A stretch of 64,000 nucleotides of DNA. Source: Camelus dromedarius (Eukaryota). Both the position numbers and the translations under genes were made by a program. The stretch spans positions 27,714,001 to 27,778,000 of the forward strand of contig NC_087441.1 in assembly GCF_036321535.1 (NCBI RefSeq). The letters run 5' to 3'. The notes under the pieces are model-generated. The model was not told the DNA's origin and ran no database searches. It worked only from the letters and a program-made list of their open reading frames with translations. Within the stretch, counting starts at the first letter, position 1; every line of letters starts with the position of its first letter. Shown piece by piece: positions 1 to 12,439 of the stretch.

Positions 1-416
1 TCCTAGGCATTTATCTGGAATAAAATATAATTTGAAAAGACACATGCACCTCAATATTCACAGCAGCACTATTTACAACAGCAAGACATGGAAATAACCC
101 AAATGTCCATCGACAGATGACTGGATAAAGAAGATGTGGTATATATATTCAGTGGAATGCTACTCAGCCATAAGAAGAATAAAATACTGCCATTTGCAGC
201 AACATGGGTGGACCCAGAGATTGTCATACTAAGTGAAGTAAGTCAGAAAGAGAAAGAAAAATACCGTATGATATCACTTATATGTAGAATCTAAAAAAAG
301 GACACGAATGAACTTATCTACAAAACTGAAATGGACTCACAGACATAAAGAACAAACTTACGGTTACCAGGCATTAAAAGTGGTGGGAAAGGATAAACTG
401 GGAGTTCAACATTTGC
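1..416 (+). mobile_element. LINE-1 3' fragment (ORF2 C-terminus plus start of 3'UTR), disrupted
   Basis: Translates across stops and frameshifts to KDTCTSIFTAALFT...WIKKMWYIY...LPFAATWVDPEIVILSEVSQKEKEKYRMISLIC, the L1 ORF2p C-terminus. Confidence 0.92.
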
Positions 417-420
417 ACCC

Positions 421-563
421 CTTGCGGAGTGATGGAAATGTTAGCTGTCTTGATCGTGGTGGTGGTTTCACTGGTGTGTACCTCTGTCAAAATTCATCAG
501 ATCATACATCTGAAATATGTGGTTTACTGTGCAGGAATCATACCACAATAAAAGTGTTAAAAA
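421..563 (+). mobile_element. Old L1M 3' end fragment
   Basis: gatggaaatgtt...cttgatcgtggtggtggtttcac...caataaaagtgttaaaaaa resembles ancestral L1MB/MC 3' termini. Confidence 0.7.
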
Positions 564-1615
564 ATTCATGTCCATTAGACTGTCCAATGCGGTTTAACTG
601 AACAGTTTTCATCATGTTCTTCTGTAACCCCTATAGAGTTTAGCACAGTGCTTTGCCTGTAGTAATTTCATTATAGGTATTAGTTAAATAATTCTGAAAT
701 AATTAGGGTCTAATTATGATTTAAAATTTTTTTGAGTAGGTTGTTAATTCCCAGTAGGCTAAGTATGTTTCATATTGAAAACTCCAAAAATTCTGAATTT
801 GTTTTGTACCCAAAGTGATCTAAAGCATGTAATGTCAGACTAAGTAAATCAAACTTTTTCATATAAAGTTCTTTTATGGGATATCTTATGGTTGGTAGAA
901 AAACACAATAACCAGGACTATAAGACTAGCTTAAGGCCACGTCTTGTGGGAGGGGCTTGCTTTATAAACAGACAAAAAGGGTTCTGGTGATCGGCATCTC
1001 ATTAATTCAGAAGTTTATAGAATGGATAACTCTGCCTTACTGGCTGCTGCCTAAAATTTTAAAAATATGATTATTTCTTGGTAATTGGAAAGTTAATATA
1101 TTAAACATTATTCCTTCCTAAGAGAGAAGGAATTTAGTGGAATGTGGTGGGGTAACAGGGTTGGCGGAGATCAACCGGGCGGAGTGTTCAAGTGAAAGAA
1201 TGAACACGAGTACCTGCGAAAGTTAATGGGAAGGAGTCTAAGGCAAACTTGTCTCCAGTTTCTGTAGTTAGCACTGTATGTGTGCATAAGCCACACAACC
1301 AAGATTTGTGAAGATAATTTTCTTTAATGCATTCTCTCCTGTCATTGCCAAAAGTAGCATGATACTTATTTCTGTGTGAAATAGGAGCCCGGGGTTTAAT
1401 AAGAGGAAAAGTATAATGTTAAGTTTCACATGGGCCCCACATACAAAAGCTACGTGTTCTTTCAGTCTTCTGTGAGTAGAAATGACCTTATTAATCAAGA
1501 ACAAGATTACGGGGTGAAGGGTCAAAGGTAAGAGGTATTCCTTCTCCCTTTTAGTGGTAGGTGTGATCTTCCCAAAGAGTAGAAGGAGTAATACATCATC
1601 AAAATCCTCATCTGT

Positions 1616-1928
1616 TTCTTTTTTTTTGAAGTGTAGTCAGTTTACAATGTGTCAATTTCTTGTGTAAAGCATAGTGTTTGAGTCATATATATATAAACAT
1701 ATATTAGTTTTCATATTCTTTTTCATTATAGGTTACTATGAGATATTGAATATCATTCCCTGTGCTATACAGAAGAAACATGTTTATCTATTTTATATAT
1801 AGTAGTTGGTATCTGCAAGTCTTGTACTCCCAATTTATCTCTTTCCACCCCCTTTCCCTCTGGTAACCACAAGTTTGTTTTCATGTCTGTGAATTTGTTT
1901 CTGTTTTGTAGATAAGTTCATTAGCATC
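1616..1928 (-). mobile_element. 5'-truncated lineage-specific L1 3' end
   Basis: T-tract then gaagtgtagtcagtttacaatg...ttccctgtgctatacag...ggtaaccacaagtttg, a cetartiodactyl/camelid-type L1 3'UTR in reverse. Confidence 0.88.
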
Positions 1929-2235
1929 TTCTTCTTCTCCTCCTCCTCTTCTCCCTCCCCACCCCCTTCCTTCCTGGAGGCTCCAGCAACCTGCTCTTGC
2001 AAACAGAACAGCCTGGAGTTTAAGCAGACACTGATGCCTTACAGATTCCTCATCTTTCCTCTGCCTGCCTTCCTTGTTCTCTCCCCATCCTCCCTTCCAC
2101 TTCCCGTTTCTCTCTTCCTGTCTTTGTTCTCTCTTGCAGACCCTCAGCTAGACAGCACATATTTCTTGAGCACCAAACTTTGCCAGACCAGAAACAAAAC
2201 AGATTTCCTGCTTTTGTAAAACTGACAGCCTAAAG

Positions 2236-3190
2236 GGAAAGCAACACCATGAACAATAATCACACAGATACCGCTACGCATATATTAGAATGGCTAAAAT
2301 TTAAAATACTGAAAGAATGCCAATGAGGATCTGAAACAAAAACGTATCAATTTCTTACACATTGCCAATAGGAACAGAAACAGTACAGCCACTTTGATCA
2401 AAGTTTGCAGTTTCTTATAAAGTGAAGCATTCATTTAGCCTACAACTCAGCCATCACATTCCTCGGTATTTACTACAGAGAGGAAACCTCATGTTCACAC
2501 AAAGCCTGACATGAATGTTTATAGCAGCTTTATTTATCACAGCTAAAAACTGGAGACAACCCAAATATTCTTAAGTGGGTGAATGGAAAAACAAACTGAG
2601 TACATGCAACTTATGAAATACCATTCAGCAGTAACAGGGAATGAATTGTTGATACAAGGACTTGAACAGGTCTCAGAGTCATTATGCCGAGTGAAAAAGA
2701 CAATTTCAAAAGATTACTTAGTGTATGATTCCATTTACATGGTATTATCAAAATGACACAATTATAGTGATGGAGGACAGACCAGTGGCTGTTGGAAACT
2801 AGAGCTGGGTGTAGGATTTGACAACATAGGGGTAAAAATGAGGAAATTTCTTTGTGATGATGGAATAGTTCTGTCTCCTGATAGTGATAGTTACAAAAAT
2901 GTGTGCAGATGATGGGCTTTCATAGAACCAGGTACCTCTTTCTTTCAAATAAAAAAGAGTACATATAAATTTGGGGGAAAGCTAAACACTGTGTGTTGTT
3001 TAGTTAGCTGTGTTTTACCGATGTTGATTTATCGCTTTTGACAATGTACTATGATTACATAAGATCACTGGCGGAGGCCAGATGAGTGGTACACAGATTA
3101 TCTGTACTAATATTTCAACTTCTTGTGCATCTTAAACTACTCAAAAACAGAGAGTATAAATGAAAAAAATGTTTAAATAATGAAAATAAT
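2236..3190 (+). mobile_element. Ancient L1M ORF2 end/3'UTR
   Basis: attagaatggctaaaatt...cagccactttg...atagcagctttattt...gatggaatagttctgt motifs typical of L1MC/ME. Confidence 0.75.
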
Positions 3191-3435
3191 TCACTATGTG
3201 TTTGTTGGAAACAATAACACAAATAAATCCTGTATTAGAATTGTGATCTGTCCTTGGAAAAGTGCAGGGTGTGAGGAGGTTTCGTTTCAGGATGCGATTA
3301 GGAAACGTCTTCAGGAGCGTGTGCTCTGCCGCAGCGTGGGGCAGCTGCAGTTGCGCTGAGGACAGAGCTGCTTGTTGCCCTTTATTCAGGCGAGGTCACT
3401 TGTGCTGCCTTGGTCACTCAGCTCATCTGCAGCTG

Positions 3436-3513
3436 CTAGGGCCGCTCAGCGCCTTCGGGGCTGCTCCCATCGCTCAGTTGACGGGACTTCCAAAGGTCAG
3501 ACGTCCTCAACTT
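3436..3513 (-). CDS. Candidate terminal coding exon KLRTSDLWKSRQLSDGSSPEGAERP* (unrecognised)
   Basis: Acceptor tatttctccAG at 3514-3515; only the phase-0 frame is open; TAG at 3438-3436; AATAAA at 3386-3381; locally CpG-rich. No known homolog. Confidence 0.2.
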   Translation of the reverse strand, partial: KLRTSDLWKSRQLSDGSSPEGAERP

Positions 3514-3959
3514 CTGGAGAAATAGTCTTTTTATTCAAAGGCCATTGCCAACTTAATCATTGTTTTAAAGACTCTGTCAGGGTGTCCTGGGGCAAAATTA
3601 TATTTCCTCTTGACGATGTCTGGATAGCAACAACACATATACTGCTGCTGAGGTCTGCTCTCCCATTAAACACTTGATTTCCATTAGTAAATGCTACAGG
3701 ATAAATCTTTTCATTTCTCCTACAGTTATGAAACAAATGAAACATCAGTTAGATAATGTGGGGCAAACACTTAACAGGGTGCCTGACAGAAGACACCTAA
3801 ACAATTTTGTAGATATTGGTTGTTTTAAACCTTATTTTTTAAAAAGCAGTTTTATGTTTATAACAAAATTGGGAGGAAGATACAGAGATTTCTCATATGC
3901 CCCCTACCCCTAGATACTGTTTTTCACATAAATAAATTTAGTCAAGAGGCTGACACCTG

Positions 3960-5870
3960 TTCATAGCTAAGTAATTTTCACATATTTAGTTAATGTTGGT
4001 TAGTGTTGGCTTGATATATATTTTTTCCATTCTTCTAATTGACGGGTAGCTTTGTATTTTAAAGTGAGTTTCTTCAGGGCAGCATAGAGTTGGATCTCGG
4101 TATTTTATCCAGTCTGGTCATTTCTGTGTTTTAACTGGGATATCTAGCCCGCTTACATTTAATATGATTATTGATATGGTTAGGTGCAAATCTACAGTCT
4201 GTTGTTTTTTATTTTTTCCATCTGTTCTCTGTTCCCTCTTCCCTCTTTTTCTGCCTTATTTTGGATTGAGTGTAACGTACAGCTCCATTTTGTTGGCTAG
4301 CTACAACTCTCAGTTGTGGTACTTTGGTGTTGCTGAAGGGTTTGGAGTACACGTTTTTGACTTACCACATTCTGCCTTCAAGTGCTATCTCCCTACTTCA
4401 CATACAGTACACAAACCTTCTACCAGTATATTCTCATGTCTCCGCTTTGGATCTTTTTGCTACTGTTGTCATATAAACTCCATGATACATGTTACTTTTG
4501 TTTTAAACAGTGGATTCTGAAAAAATCTTTATTTTGCCTGCTATCTGAAAGATACTCTTCCTGGGTGAAGAATTCGAGGCTGACAGCTTTTCTTTGAGTG
4601 CCTTATAAAGATGTTACTTTTTTATATCAATTGGTTCTTATGAAAATATGCTGCTGTCATTGTCTTTATTATTCTGTATGTTCTGGGTCTTTTTTCTCTG
4701 ACCGCTTTCTATGTTTCACTAGTTTTGAGCAATTTGATTATATGCCTTAATGTAATTTTCTTCTTGGTTCTTCTGCTTGGGGTTTGTTGAAGTTCTTGGA
4801 TCTGAGGGTTATAGTTATATTTGGAAAAAAAAAATTTGACTATTATTTCTTCAAATACTTTTTCTCTCTCAGAACCTTCTCCTTTAGGAATTCCAGTTAT
4901 TTGTATACTTGGCCTCTTGAAGATGTCCCATAGTAATTGGTGATTTATTTACTGATTTTTTCAGTAAAGTCTTTTTTTTTTAATGCTGTGTTTAATTTAG
5001 GATAATTTCTATTGCTGTGTCTTTTCAGCAATGTCTTTGTACACTGTTGCCACCACTCAGTGTATTTTTCATCAAAGATATTGTTTTCATCTCTGGAAAT
5101 TTGAACTGAATCTTTTTTCTATCTTCCATGTCTCTACTCATGCCCAATCTTTTCTCTAGTTTCTTGAATGTATGGACTACAGTTATAATAATGATTTTCA
5201 TGTCTACTAATTTCATCACCTTCATATCTCTAGATATGTTTTAACTGATTGACCGTTTTTCCCTCATTATGGACTGTATTTTCCTGCTTTTTTGCAAGAC
5301 TTTTTTGCAAGTGACTATTTTAATTGAATGCCAGCTACTTTGAAATTTACCTCGTTGTGGATATTTTTGTATGACTATAAATATTCTTGAACTTGTTACG
5401 GAACACTCTTAAATTACTTGGAAACAATTTAATCCCCAGATCATGCTTTTAAGCTTTGTTAGTGGAAACAGAGCAACGTTTAGTCTAGGGTTAATTTTTT
5501 TTCCCACTGCTGAAGCAAGAGCTTGCTTAGTATTGGAACACATGCCCCATGAGTGATGAGTTTTCCACTCCAGCTATTGGAAACAGGCACTAGCATTATT
5601 CCCAGCCTTGTGTGACTTCCAGGCACTGTTCCTTCTGACCTTTCAGGCGTTTTTATCCCCTGGCCTTAGCAGGAGTTAATTAGTAGTCAAATGAATACTT
5701 AACAGGGACCTCTGCAGATTCCTGGATTTTTCTCTCCGTGAATCTCTCTCCTCTCTTATATTCTTCCTGTGAACTTTAGCATCCTTGACCTTCCTGTAAT
5801 CCAAGTTCTGTCTCTTCAACTCAGGGAGACTGATGTTTTTCTTGGATACCAATAGACAGCAGCCTAGATA
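3960..5870 (-). mobile_element. Ancient L1M 5'/ORF1-ORF2 fragment
   Basis: T-rich degenerate L1 antisense text (ttttaaagtgagtttct...cagcatagagttggatc...tatccagtctg; tcttggatctgagggtt; ctcagggagactg). Confidence 0.75.
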
Positions 5871-5959
5871 AATGCTCATAAAATCGACAAGCTTATAAGT
5901 CAACAAATCTTATTATGGGTGGATATCTGAAATGACTTGGTTTCTGCCTGAATTCTTAC

Positions 5960-6057
5960 TTTTCCCATAGGGGAAAAGAAAGGCTTCTCTACCTGGTCAA
6001 TGGGGTGGGAATGGGAAATTTCCACCCATTTCATGGGGCCAAGTTTAAAAGGGAACT
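5960..6057 (-). CDS. Candidate internal exon (E)FPFKLGPMKWVEISHSHPIDQVEKPFFSPMGK (unrecognised)
   Basis: Long pyrimidine tract ending tcttAG, donor AAA|GTAAGA; the single open frame runs phase 1 to phase 0. Confidence 0.22.
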
Positions 6058-7358
6058 CTAAGATCAGGAGAGAGTGCAGAGCCAAAGAAGAGCAAAAAGC
6101 CAAAATCCAAGTCAGATTGGTTCAAGCCATGAGAAGCCAGATATCCAGACAGAACAGACCAGCAGTAGGTGCCCCTTCTTTCCTCCAGGCAATTTTCCTG
6201 ACTCTCCTCATCCCCCACATCCGGATTAGCCACTCCCCATCTATTACCCTGTAGCATCATGTGCCCCCCTTTTCAGAGGGTTTATTACCCTATATTCCCT
6301 GTATATTTTTCTGCGTTCTCTGGCCTATAGATTCCATGAAGACAAGAATTATAACTATCTTGATTATTGTCATCTCACTTGTTCCTAACATACTACCAGG
6401 TACAGGGAAAATGCTCAAAAATCATCCGTTGAATAAATGCCTTCTTTCATAAATTACCAGATGAAAAGCCAGGTTGCTTCTGAGAGCAGTGTCATCTAAC
6501 TTCTCTGCTGCATTTAACGTGATGGTCTCTTTCTGTCTCCTTCATGCTGTCTTCCCTTGGCTATGAGTTACAATTCTTCCTTTGTTCTTTCCCGGACTCT
6601 TAAACCCTACATTGTCCTTGAATTTGAGGAGGCAAATTCCGCAACTATGGTGGCCAAGGAGGTAATATAAATAAGCATTATACTTGAAAGAATACTTTCT
6701 CATTCCATAAGAAAATTTGGAATGAAGAGGTCTCTGGCCAAACTGGAGAACACGAGACTCAACTAAAAAATTTTATTTTAATTAAAGAAGTGCTGAGCAG
6801 GAGTTACAAAATGTATTTATGTGATTTATCACTTTTCAGGCTTAAATGCTGGTGCCTATTGGGGTTCTCTTCTCCCTAGGGTTCACCATTGTTTGTATCA
6901 TGATAATTCCTGGCTTCAAACATATTGGACTAGTCATAGCAACATGAATATAATTATATACATATATTTATATTATACAACTAGAGTTATATTACAAATA
7001 TTATCTATATATTATACAGATATAATAATTTACATACAATATATTATGACATACTTAATTATATATTTTTATTTCAAATTTCAAGGTTTTTATTTCCCAA
7101 AAAGAACTCATCTTGCTCCAAGAAGTCTATGTTCTTTTCTATTTCCTTTTCTGTGAAATGGCAACACAGTCCTCTCATTCATCTAAACTGGAATTTGAAC
7201 TTACCATAGATTTCACCCATTTCTTCAACCCTCACAGTCTTGTCTGCCCCTTTGTCTTGCAGACCCTTGAATGCTTTCTGCCATCCTCACTGTTACGAGT
7301 TTACCTCAAGTTCTTATTAGCTCTCTTTTGGTCTTTTTTTTTGTTATAGTTTCCTTGT

Positions 7359-7500
7359 CAGTGATTCTAAAACCTGGATGTGTGTCAGAAATCACCTGGG
7401 GAATTTTGTAAAAATAAAGATCCCCTGTCTCAGTCCCCATGTCACCCCTACAGAAGTATAATCTCAGGGATGGGTCGAGAACACTCACAATTGGTTAACT
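7359..7500. mobile_element. MER5-like hAT/Charlie MITE
   Basis: cagtgattctaaaacctggatgtgtgtcagaaatcacctggggaatttt matches the recalled MER5A start. Confidence 0.7.
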
Positions 7501-8128
7501 GAAGCAATACAGTGGCTTCTCAAAAATGTTCATCAATATTCTTACTGTTGTATCATCGCCTGTACTTCTTACTTGAACCGCTCCCCCTTGTGCTGCTCTC
7601 CTCCTTCCTCTTCCTAAAGAGCAGAGGACATCACCCCAATGGGACAAAGAGAAGTCACAGTCCCAGGAGCTGCAGTAGAGCCCAGAAGTGCCTCAGGCTT
7701 ATGGTGAGTCAAAAGGCAAAGCGGAGGCAAGCATTCCAGCTAGGAAAGTATCCAGCTACACGCAGAAGAATTGAAAACCTAATTGTAATACTGAACAATG
7801 AAATCACTTTCCTCAAAAAAGAATTTACCTTTTTCATGGATGAATTGTTATTGGTTGTTTAAAAGAAGTATTTCTGTCAGTTTCATTGAGAGAGTTTTAA
7901 CCTAGGACTGGAAACCAGAGACCATGTGAAACCCAGCATGACCTATATCATGCCAGCCTCTGCTCTGGACCTGTGAACATCCCTGAAAGTGAAAACAACT
8001 CTCCACTTCATTATTCTAACATTTGATCATCTTTAACAGAAACACATTCTTGAAAAATAGCAAATTTTCATAAGTAGATAAAAAAAACTTTCTTGTTTCT
8101 TAATAAAGCTTCCATTTACAAGAAATAT

Positions 8129-8153
8129 TCTTTTTTTTTTTTTTTTTTTTTTT
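8129..8153. repeat. poly(T) tract
   Basis: Long T homopolymer, directly visible. Confidence 0.9.
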
Positions 8154-8480
8154 CCTTCAGAATGACAGTGCTGATTGTCACCCCAGTGTTAAAAAAGAAA
8201 CTGGCTCAGGGCAGGCAGCACAGCTATGATGGAGGAAGAGGTGCTGCCATCTCGTGGCTTGAACGAAAAATGACTAGACGTGATGACAAACCAATAGTTC
8301 TCATTCCGTGTGTTTCCTTGCCTTTGGAACTATTGAGCTAATAATGGCTTCTCTCTTTCATCTCCTTCCAAATACAAAAGACACATGCAACGTTTCTTTT
8401 GCAACAGCTGGAACCTTCTCAGTTAAGCCAGGACGCGTGCTGTTTCAAATTTTAGCTTCTTTTAGGTTGAATTAGAAGCA

Positions 8481-8499
8481 CAGTGCCCTCTTGTGGTGG
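8481..8499 (-). promoter_or_regulatory. CTCF-like motif (reverse orientation)
   Basis: Minus strand reads CCACCACAAGAGGGCACTG, fitting the CTCF core CCAC(C/A/T)AG(A/G)GGGC(A/G)C. Confidence 0.6.
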
Positions 8500-9387
8500 A
8501 TCTGTCACTCTGCAGCGAGAGCGGTCAATTTCTCTGGAAGGAATCCAATGTAAGAATTTAAGGATTTAACTACAGTCAAAAGGGTGGGTGGGACTTTGAG
8601 GAAGTGCCTAGATATCCTCAGTGCAAACCTAACAGATCTCACACTTTCTATTAGCATTACGTAAGAAGGACACAAACGTTCATTTTAATACAACCTTTTA
8701 AAAGACAATTGTTATAAAGTACTGGTTTTGAATCCAGTGTTTCCTTCACAGTCTCTTGTCTTTTGCACATTAAAAACAGTGACATGCCTAAGTGTTTCTA
8801 ACTATTTCAAGCTGACACAAACAATAAAACTTCCCCAAATGTATTGTCAATGTCCATTCGTGAAAAATGCTGCTAAATTAAATATTTCTATCTCAAGAAT
8901 CTGAATGTTTAGCAGGTGTTTAGCATGATAAAAACATTGATTTCATTGAATTTTGTTTAACAAGTAGCCACTTTCACATTATATTATCTGTCTACTAGAA
9001 TTCAGATATCATCCTTCTCATGGAATAGAGGGTTTAGGCAATGAAATCTGTGTAAATTAATTTTTATATTTTAAATGCACTTGAAAGTTTATAGTGCTTA
9101 ATAAAATGTATTCAGTGCCCGCTAAATGTCAGGTACTGCACTGCATACAAGTTGTACAGAGAGAAAAGATGAAATCCTTACTTTTAAGGAGTGCACTGGC
9201 CAATGAAGCAAATAATTACTTACTATGTTTTACTTTTTAAAAAATGAATGTTTAGATTGTAGATTTGTTTCAAAATAAGCTATATATTAATTTAGTTTTG
9301 CCCCTAAAGAGGTATACTTTTATGGTTAATTTTCTTATTTTTAAAAAATTCCAAAATAAAGAGGGTATAAATAAAATTTTAACTTAC

Positions 9388-9415
9388 CATAGAACTGTTT
9401 GCACAATACGGCCAT
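9388..9415 (-). CDS. Candidate first coding exon part MAVLCKQFY(G|)
   Basis: AGGATGG strong Kozak context 11 nt outside the MLT2 LTR 3' end; consensus donor ATG|GTAAGT at 9387-9382. Confidence 0.15.
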
Positions 9416-9426
9416 CCTATGAGGCC

Positions 9427-9922
9427 TGTATTAGTCAGGGTTCTCCAGAGCAACAGGATGAATAGGAGATAGATAGATACTGATAAAAAGAAATTTATTT
9501 TTGGAATTGGCTCACAGGGTTACGGGGGAGAGGAGGGCTGTCTGCAGCCTGGAGAAGCAGGAAAGCTGGTTGTGTAACTCAGTCTGAGTCTGAAGGCCTA
9601 AGAATTGCAGGCTGATGGTGGGTATGTTCCTGTCTAAATCCAAGGCCCAATAACCAGGAACATCGATGGCCCAAGGGTGCCTTGGCTCAGAGAGAGAGAG
9701 AAAGCAAATTTGCACGTCCTTTTCCTTTTGGTTCCATGCAGGCCCTCAGTGGATTGGATGACGCTTGCAGCATTGGTGAGAAAGATCTGCTTGACTCAGT
9801 TCACCAATTCACATGCTAATCTCTTCCCTAGACCCCTCACAGACACTCCCAGAAATACACAATGTTTTACCAGCTATCTGGGTATCCTCCAGCCCAGTCA
9901 GGTTGACACATAAAATGAACAA
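9427..9922 (-). mobile_element. MLT2 (ERVL) solo LTR
   Basis: tgtattagtcagggttctccagag...cccagtcaggttgacacataaaat matches both MLT2B-type termini in reverse. Confidence 0.88.
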
Positions 9923-10565
9923 GACCCATTCCTGCCTTCTGAATAGTTATAGAGCACAGAAATTTGAGATCACAAGACATTCAGATAGAAGAGTTTCTCC
10001 TTTTAGTACAATGATCTTAGCACAAACTCTTCAGAACAAAGTAGGGGACGTTGACTACGCCCTGGGGCTTTGGTTAACCATTCTGCAGCTTTCTGGAAGC
10101 TACTGAGAGCCTGGAAATTAGACTAATTCTTGAAAAATAGGATTCTGCAGGATAAAATGCTTATAGTATTTTGCTTCTTCAACTTGGAGATTCTGAGATT
10201 GAATTTAAGGCATATCTAACATAATGATACTTTAATTCAGGAAGAATAAAGCATGCCAAGAGTTATGTTTGCTTTTTTCCATGAGAGAGGTGATGCCTGT
10301 TCACTTTGCAAAGCAAAACTAGAAAGGATATTTCTCTTAGGTTTTTATTTGCAGGGTTCTAGAAAGATGCTAGGTTGAAAAATTCTCCCATACCTGTCTG
10401 GTTGAACATCTAGCGTTCCTTTATTCCTTTCACACAGTGAATCACAGACACTTCTATATGCTAAGCACATTCTAGGCACTTAGAAAAGAATAGAGTGAGG
10501 AAAAAGAAAAGAATTTACTATTTGCTTTTCAGAATTTACAGTCTGGTCCAAAAAAAAAAAAGTCT

Positions 10566-11029
10566 TGACTGAGAAAAAATGCACAAACATGAGAGTTGTG
10601 AGTTAAGTTTAGTTGGGGGCAAAATGAGGACTACAGCCTGGCAGACAGCATCTCAGATGGCTCTAGGGAGCTGCTCCAAAGAGGCGGGGGAAGGTCAGCG
10701 TTGTACGTGATTTCAGTGAAGGAGGACGTGCAGTTGAGCACACATTTAGGCAGAGGCTTGCTGCTCGTCACAAGGAGCAGATGTCACTATTCATGATTTT
10801 AGTGCCTTTCTAGATATGAGGAGACAAGAATTTGGGCCCGTAAAATCTTCTCCTGAAAATATCTAACTACCTAACGGCCTGTTCTGCCAGTTTTTTCCCA
10901 GAGCTCAGAGCGCCTCGTTCCCGATCTCAGCCCTGAACTCCTTTCAGGATGTGTTGAAGGTCAGTGGCTGCAGTGGCTGCTGATTTAATCCTTGTAGAGG
11001 AAGGTGCAAGAGCCAATTTTCAGTTGACA
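10566..11029 (-). mobile_element. ERV1-class solo LTR with 4-bp TSD
   Basis: TG...CA ends flanked by GTCT at 10562-10565 and 11030-11033; body resembles a Laurasiatherian ERV1 LTR (family not assigned). Confidence 0.8.
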
Positions 11030-11864
11030 GTCTCAGTATAAAAAAACAATGGAGACCAGAAAATGGAGAAAGTGAAAATACAATCCATGTCCTAGGAGTG
11101 TACCGTGTGGCAGAGGGCAGATCGGAGTCAGAGTGAGCACCACTGTCCCAGCACCGCCCTCTTCACGTGCTTTTTCTCCTTTAACCCTCAGAAGTCTGGA
11201 GGGAATTTCCAGACATAAGAGTATATCTCATGCCAAAGGTCAGACCCTAGCTCTGCCGAGAACCTGGGGTACAAATAATGAAGATGGGAATAATACAATT
11301 TTAATAACAAGGAGACCATTTTTTGAGGTGCACTCACTGTACTAGAGAACAAGCCTGGGAAGTGGGTACACTCATTCATATTTTGCAGCTGAGAAAACTG
11401 AAGTTCAGGAGGTTAAGTAATTCCCCACCGTCCCCCCGATAGGAATAAAAGATGCTCAGTGAGGCTTCAGGGCCAGTTCCGCGTGGGTCGCAGGCCTGCA
11501 CTCTTTGGCGCTCGGCTGGCATGCTCTTCTGTCTGGACCCTGAAGCCCATGATTGTGCCACTGCTGTGCCCTCTTCAGTGTGTCTTCTTCCATCGTGTGA
11601 ACCCCGCATCCCAAGGGGGTCCAGCGACTGTTACTATAGCTTGGAAGCTTCTTGGGGTTCAGACACAACATCTCCAGAGATTCTTGTTGAAAATCACACG
11701 TCTCCAATGAATGCAATTCTTTAGCTTGTGTTTTCTACTGATCAGCAGAAAGGAGCTCCGTGCTCCTGTAAATTTGGGAAACGCTTGGTTCAACAACATT
11801 TAAAAGTTTTTGTTTGATTCTTAACTTGAAGAATTCTCAGTATTATTAAATAGCTATAGTGATA

Positions 11865-12060
11865 GTAATCATTTTAATGCTCCTTGTTAACATGTATTGA
11901 GCACGTAGGATAGGCCAAATATTTTGCTAAATGTTTAATGTATGGCACCTGATATCACGTTCACAAAACAATAGGAGGAAGAGACCATTACTGGTTCCAT
12001 TTTGCGGAGGAGAAGATCAAGGCAGAGCAGTTAAGGAACTTGTCCAGGCTCCTGTGCGGA
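11865..12060 (-). mobile_element. MIR SINE
   Basis: tgtattgagcac...ccattttgcggaggagaag...gttaaggaacttgtccagg is the MIR core in reverse. Confidence 0.7.
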
Positions 12061-12439
12061 AGGATGTTGTAAATCTCCCCGTGACCTTGGGGAAGCTTCA
12101 GGTCACAGCATTCCCCTGGCATATTTGAACTTGGAGAGCATTTGGGTCGGCCCATTATGAGCTTCGTTTCTTCAGGAGAGAGGCTGGTTAGTACCACTGT
12201 GATAATAAAAAATAAAATGCGGAAACACCACGATACCAGCCCAGGACTCGACGCTCTGAAGAGGCTGTTTAACAGGTCCTTGCCTGTGAGTCTTACCACC
12301 TTTTTAGGATGAAAAGACCAAGCTGCAGAGCAGGTGAGACTGACGCCAGGTGGGAGCCGAGAGGCGCAGGCTGCTCTCCTGGCTCTGTCCCAGCTTCCTG
12401 CTTTCCAGGAGGCAGAACTGTGATTTTAAGTTTCCAGAG

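Noticed and set aside
308-601. 97-aa ORF
   Set aside because: Lies across two L1 3'UTR fragments.
1466-1527. Isolated plus-strand exon-shaped units here and at 8466-8549, 37851-37899 and 55605 onward
   Set aside because: Good splice signals, but no coherent chain or known product; treated as pseudo-exons pending RNA data.
3230-3677. Long plus frame broken by a single TGA (3357-3359), raising a selenoprotein idea
   Set aside because: No SECIS-like structure or selenoprotein motif seen, and the peptide is low-information.
7151-7204. Apparent 54-nt GT-AG intron before EKEIEKNIDFLEQDEFF (minus strand)
   Set aside because: Shorter than typical mammalian introns.
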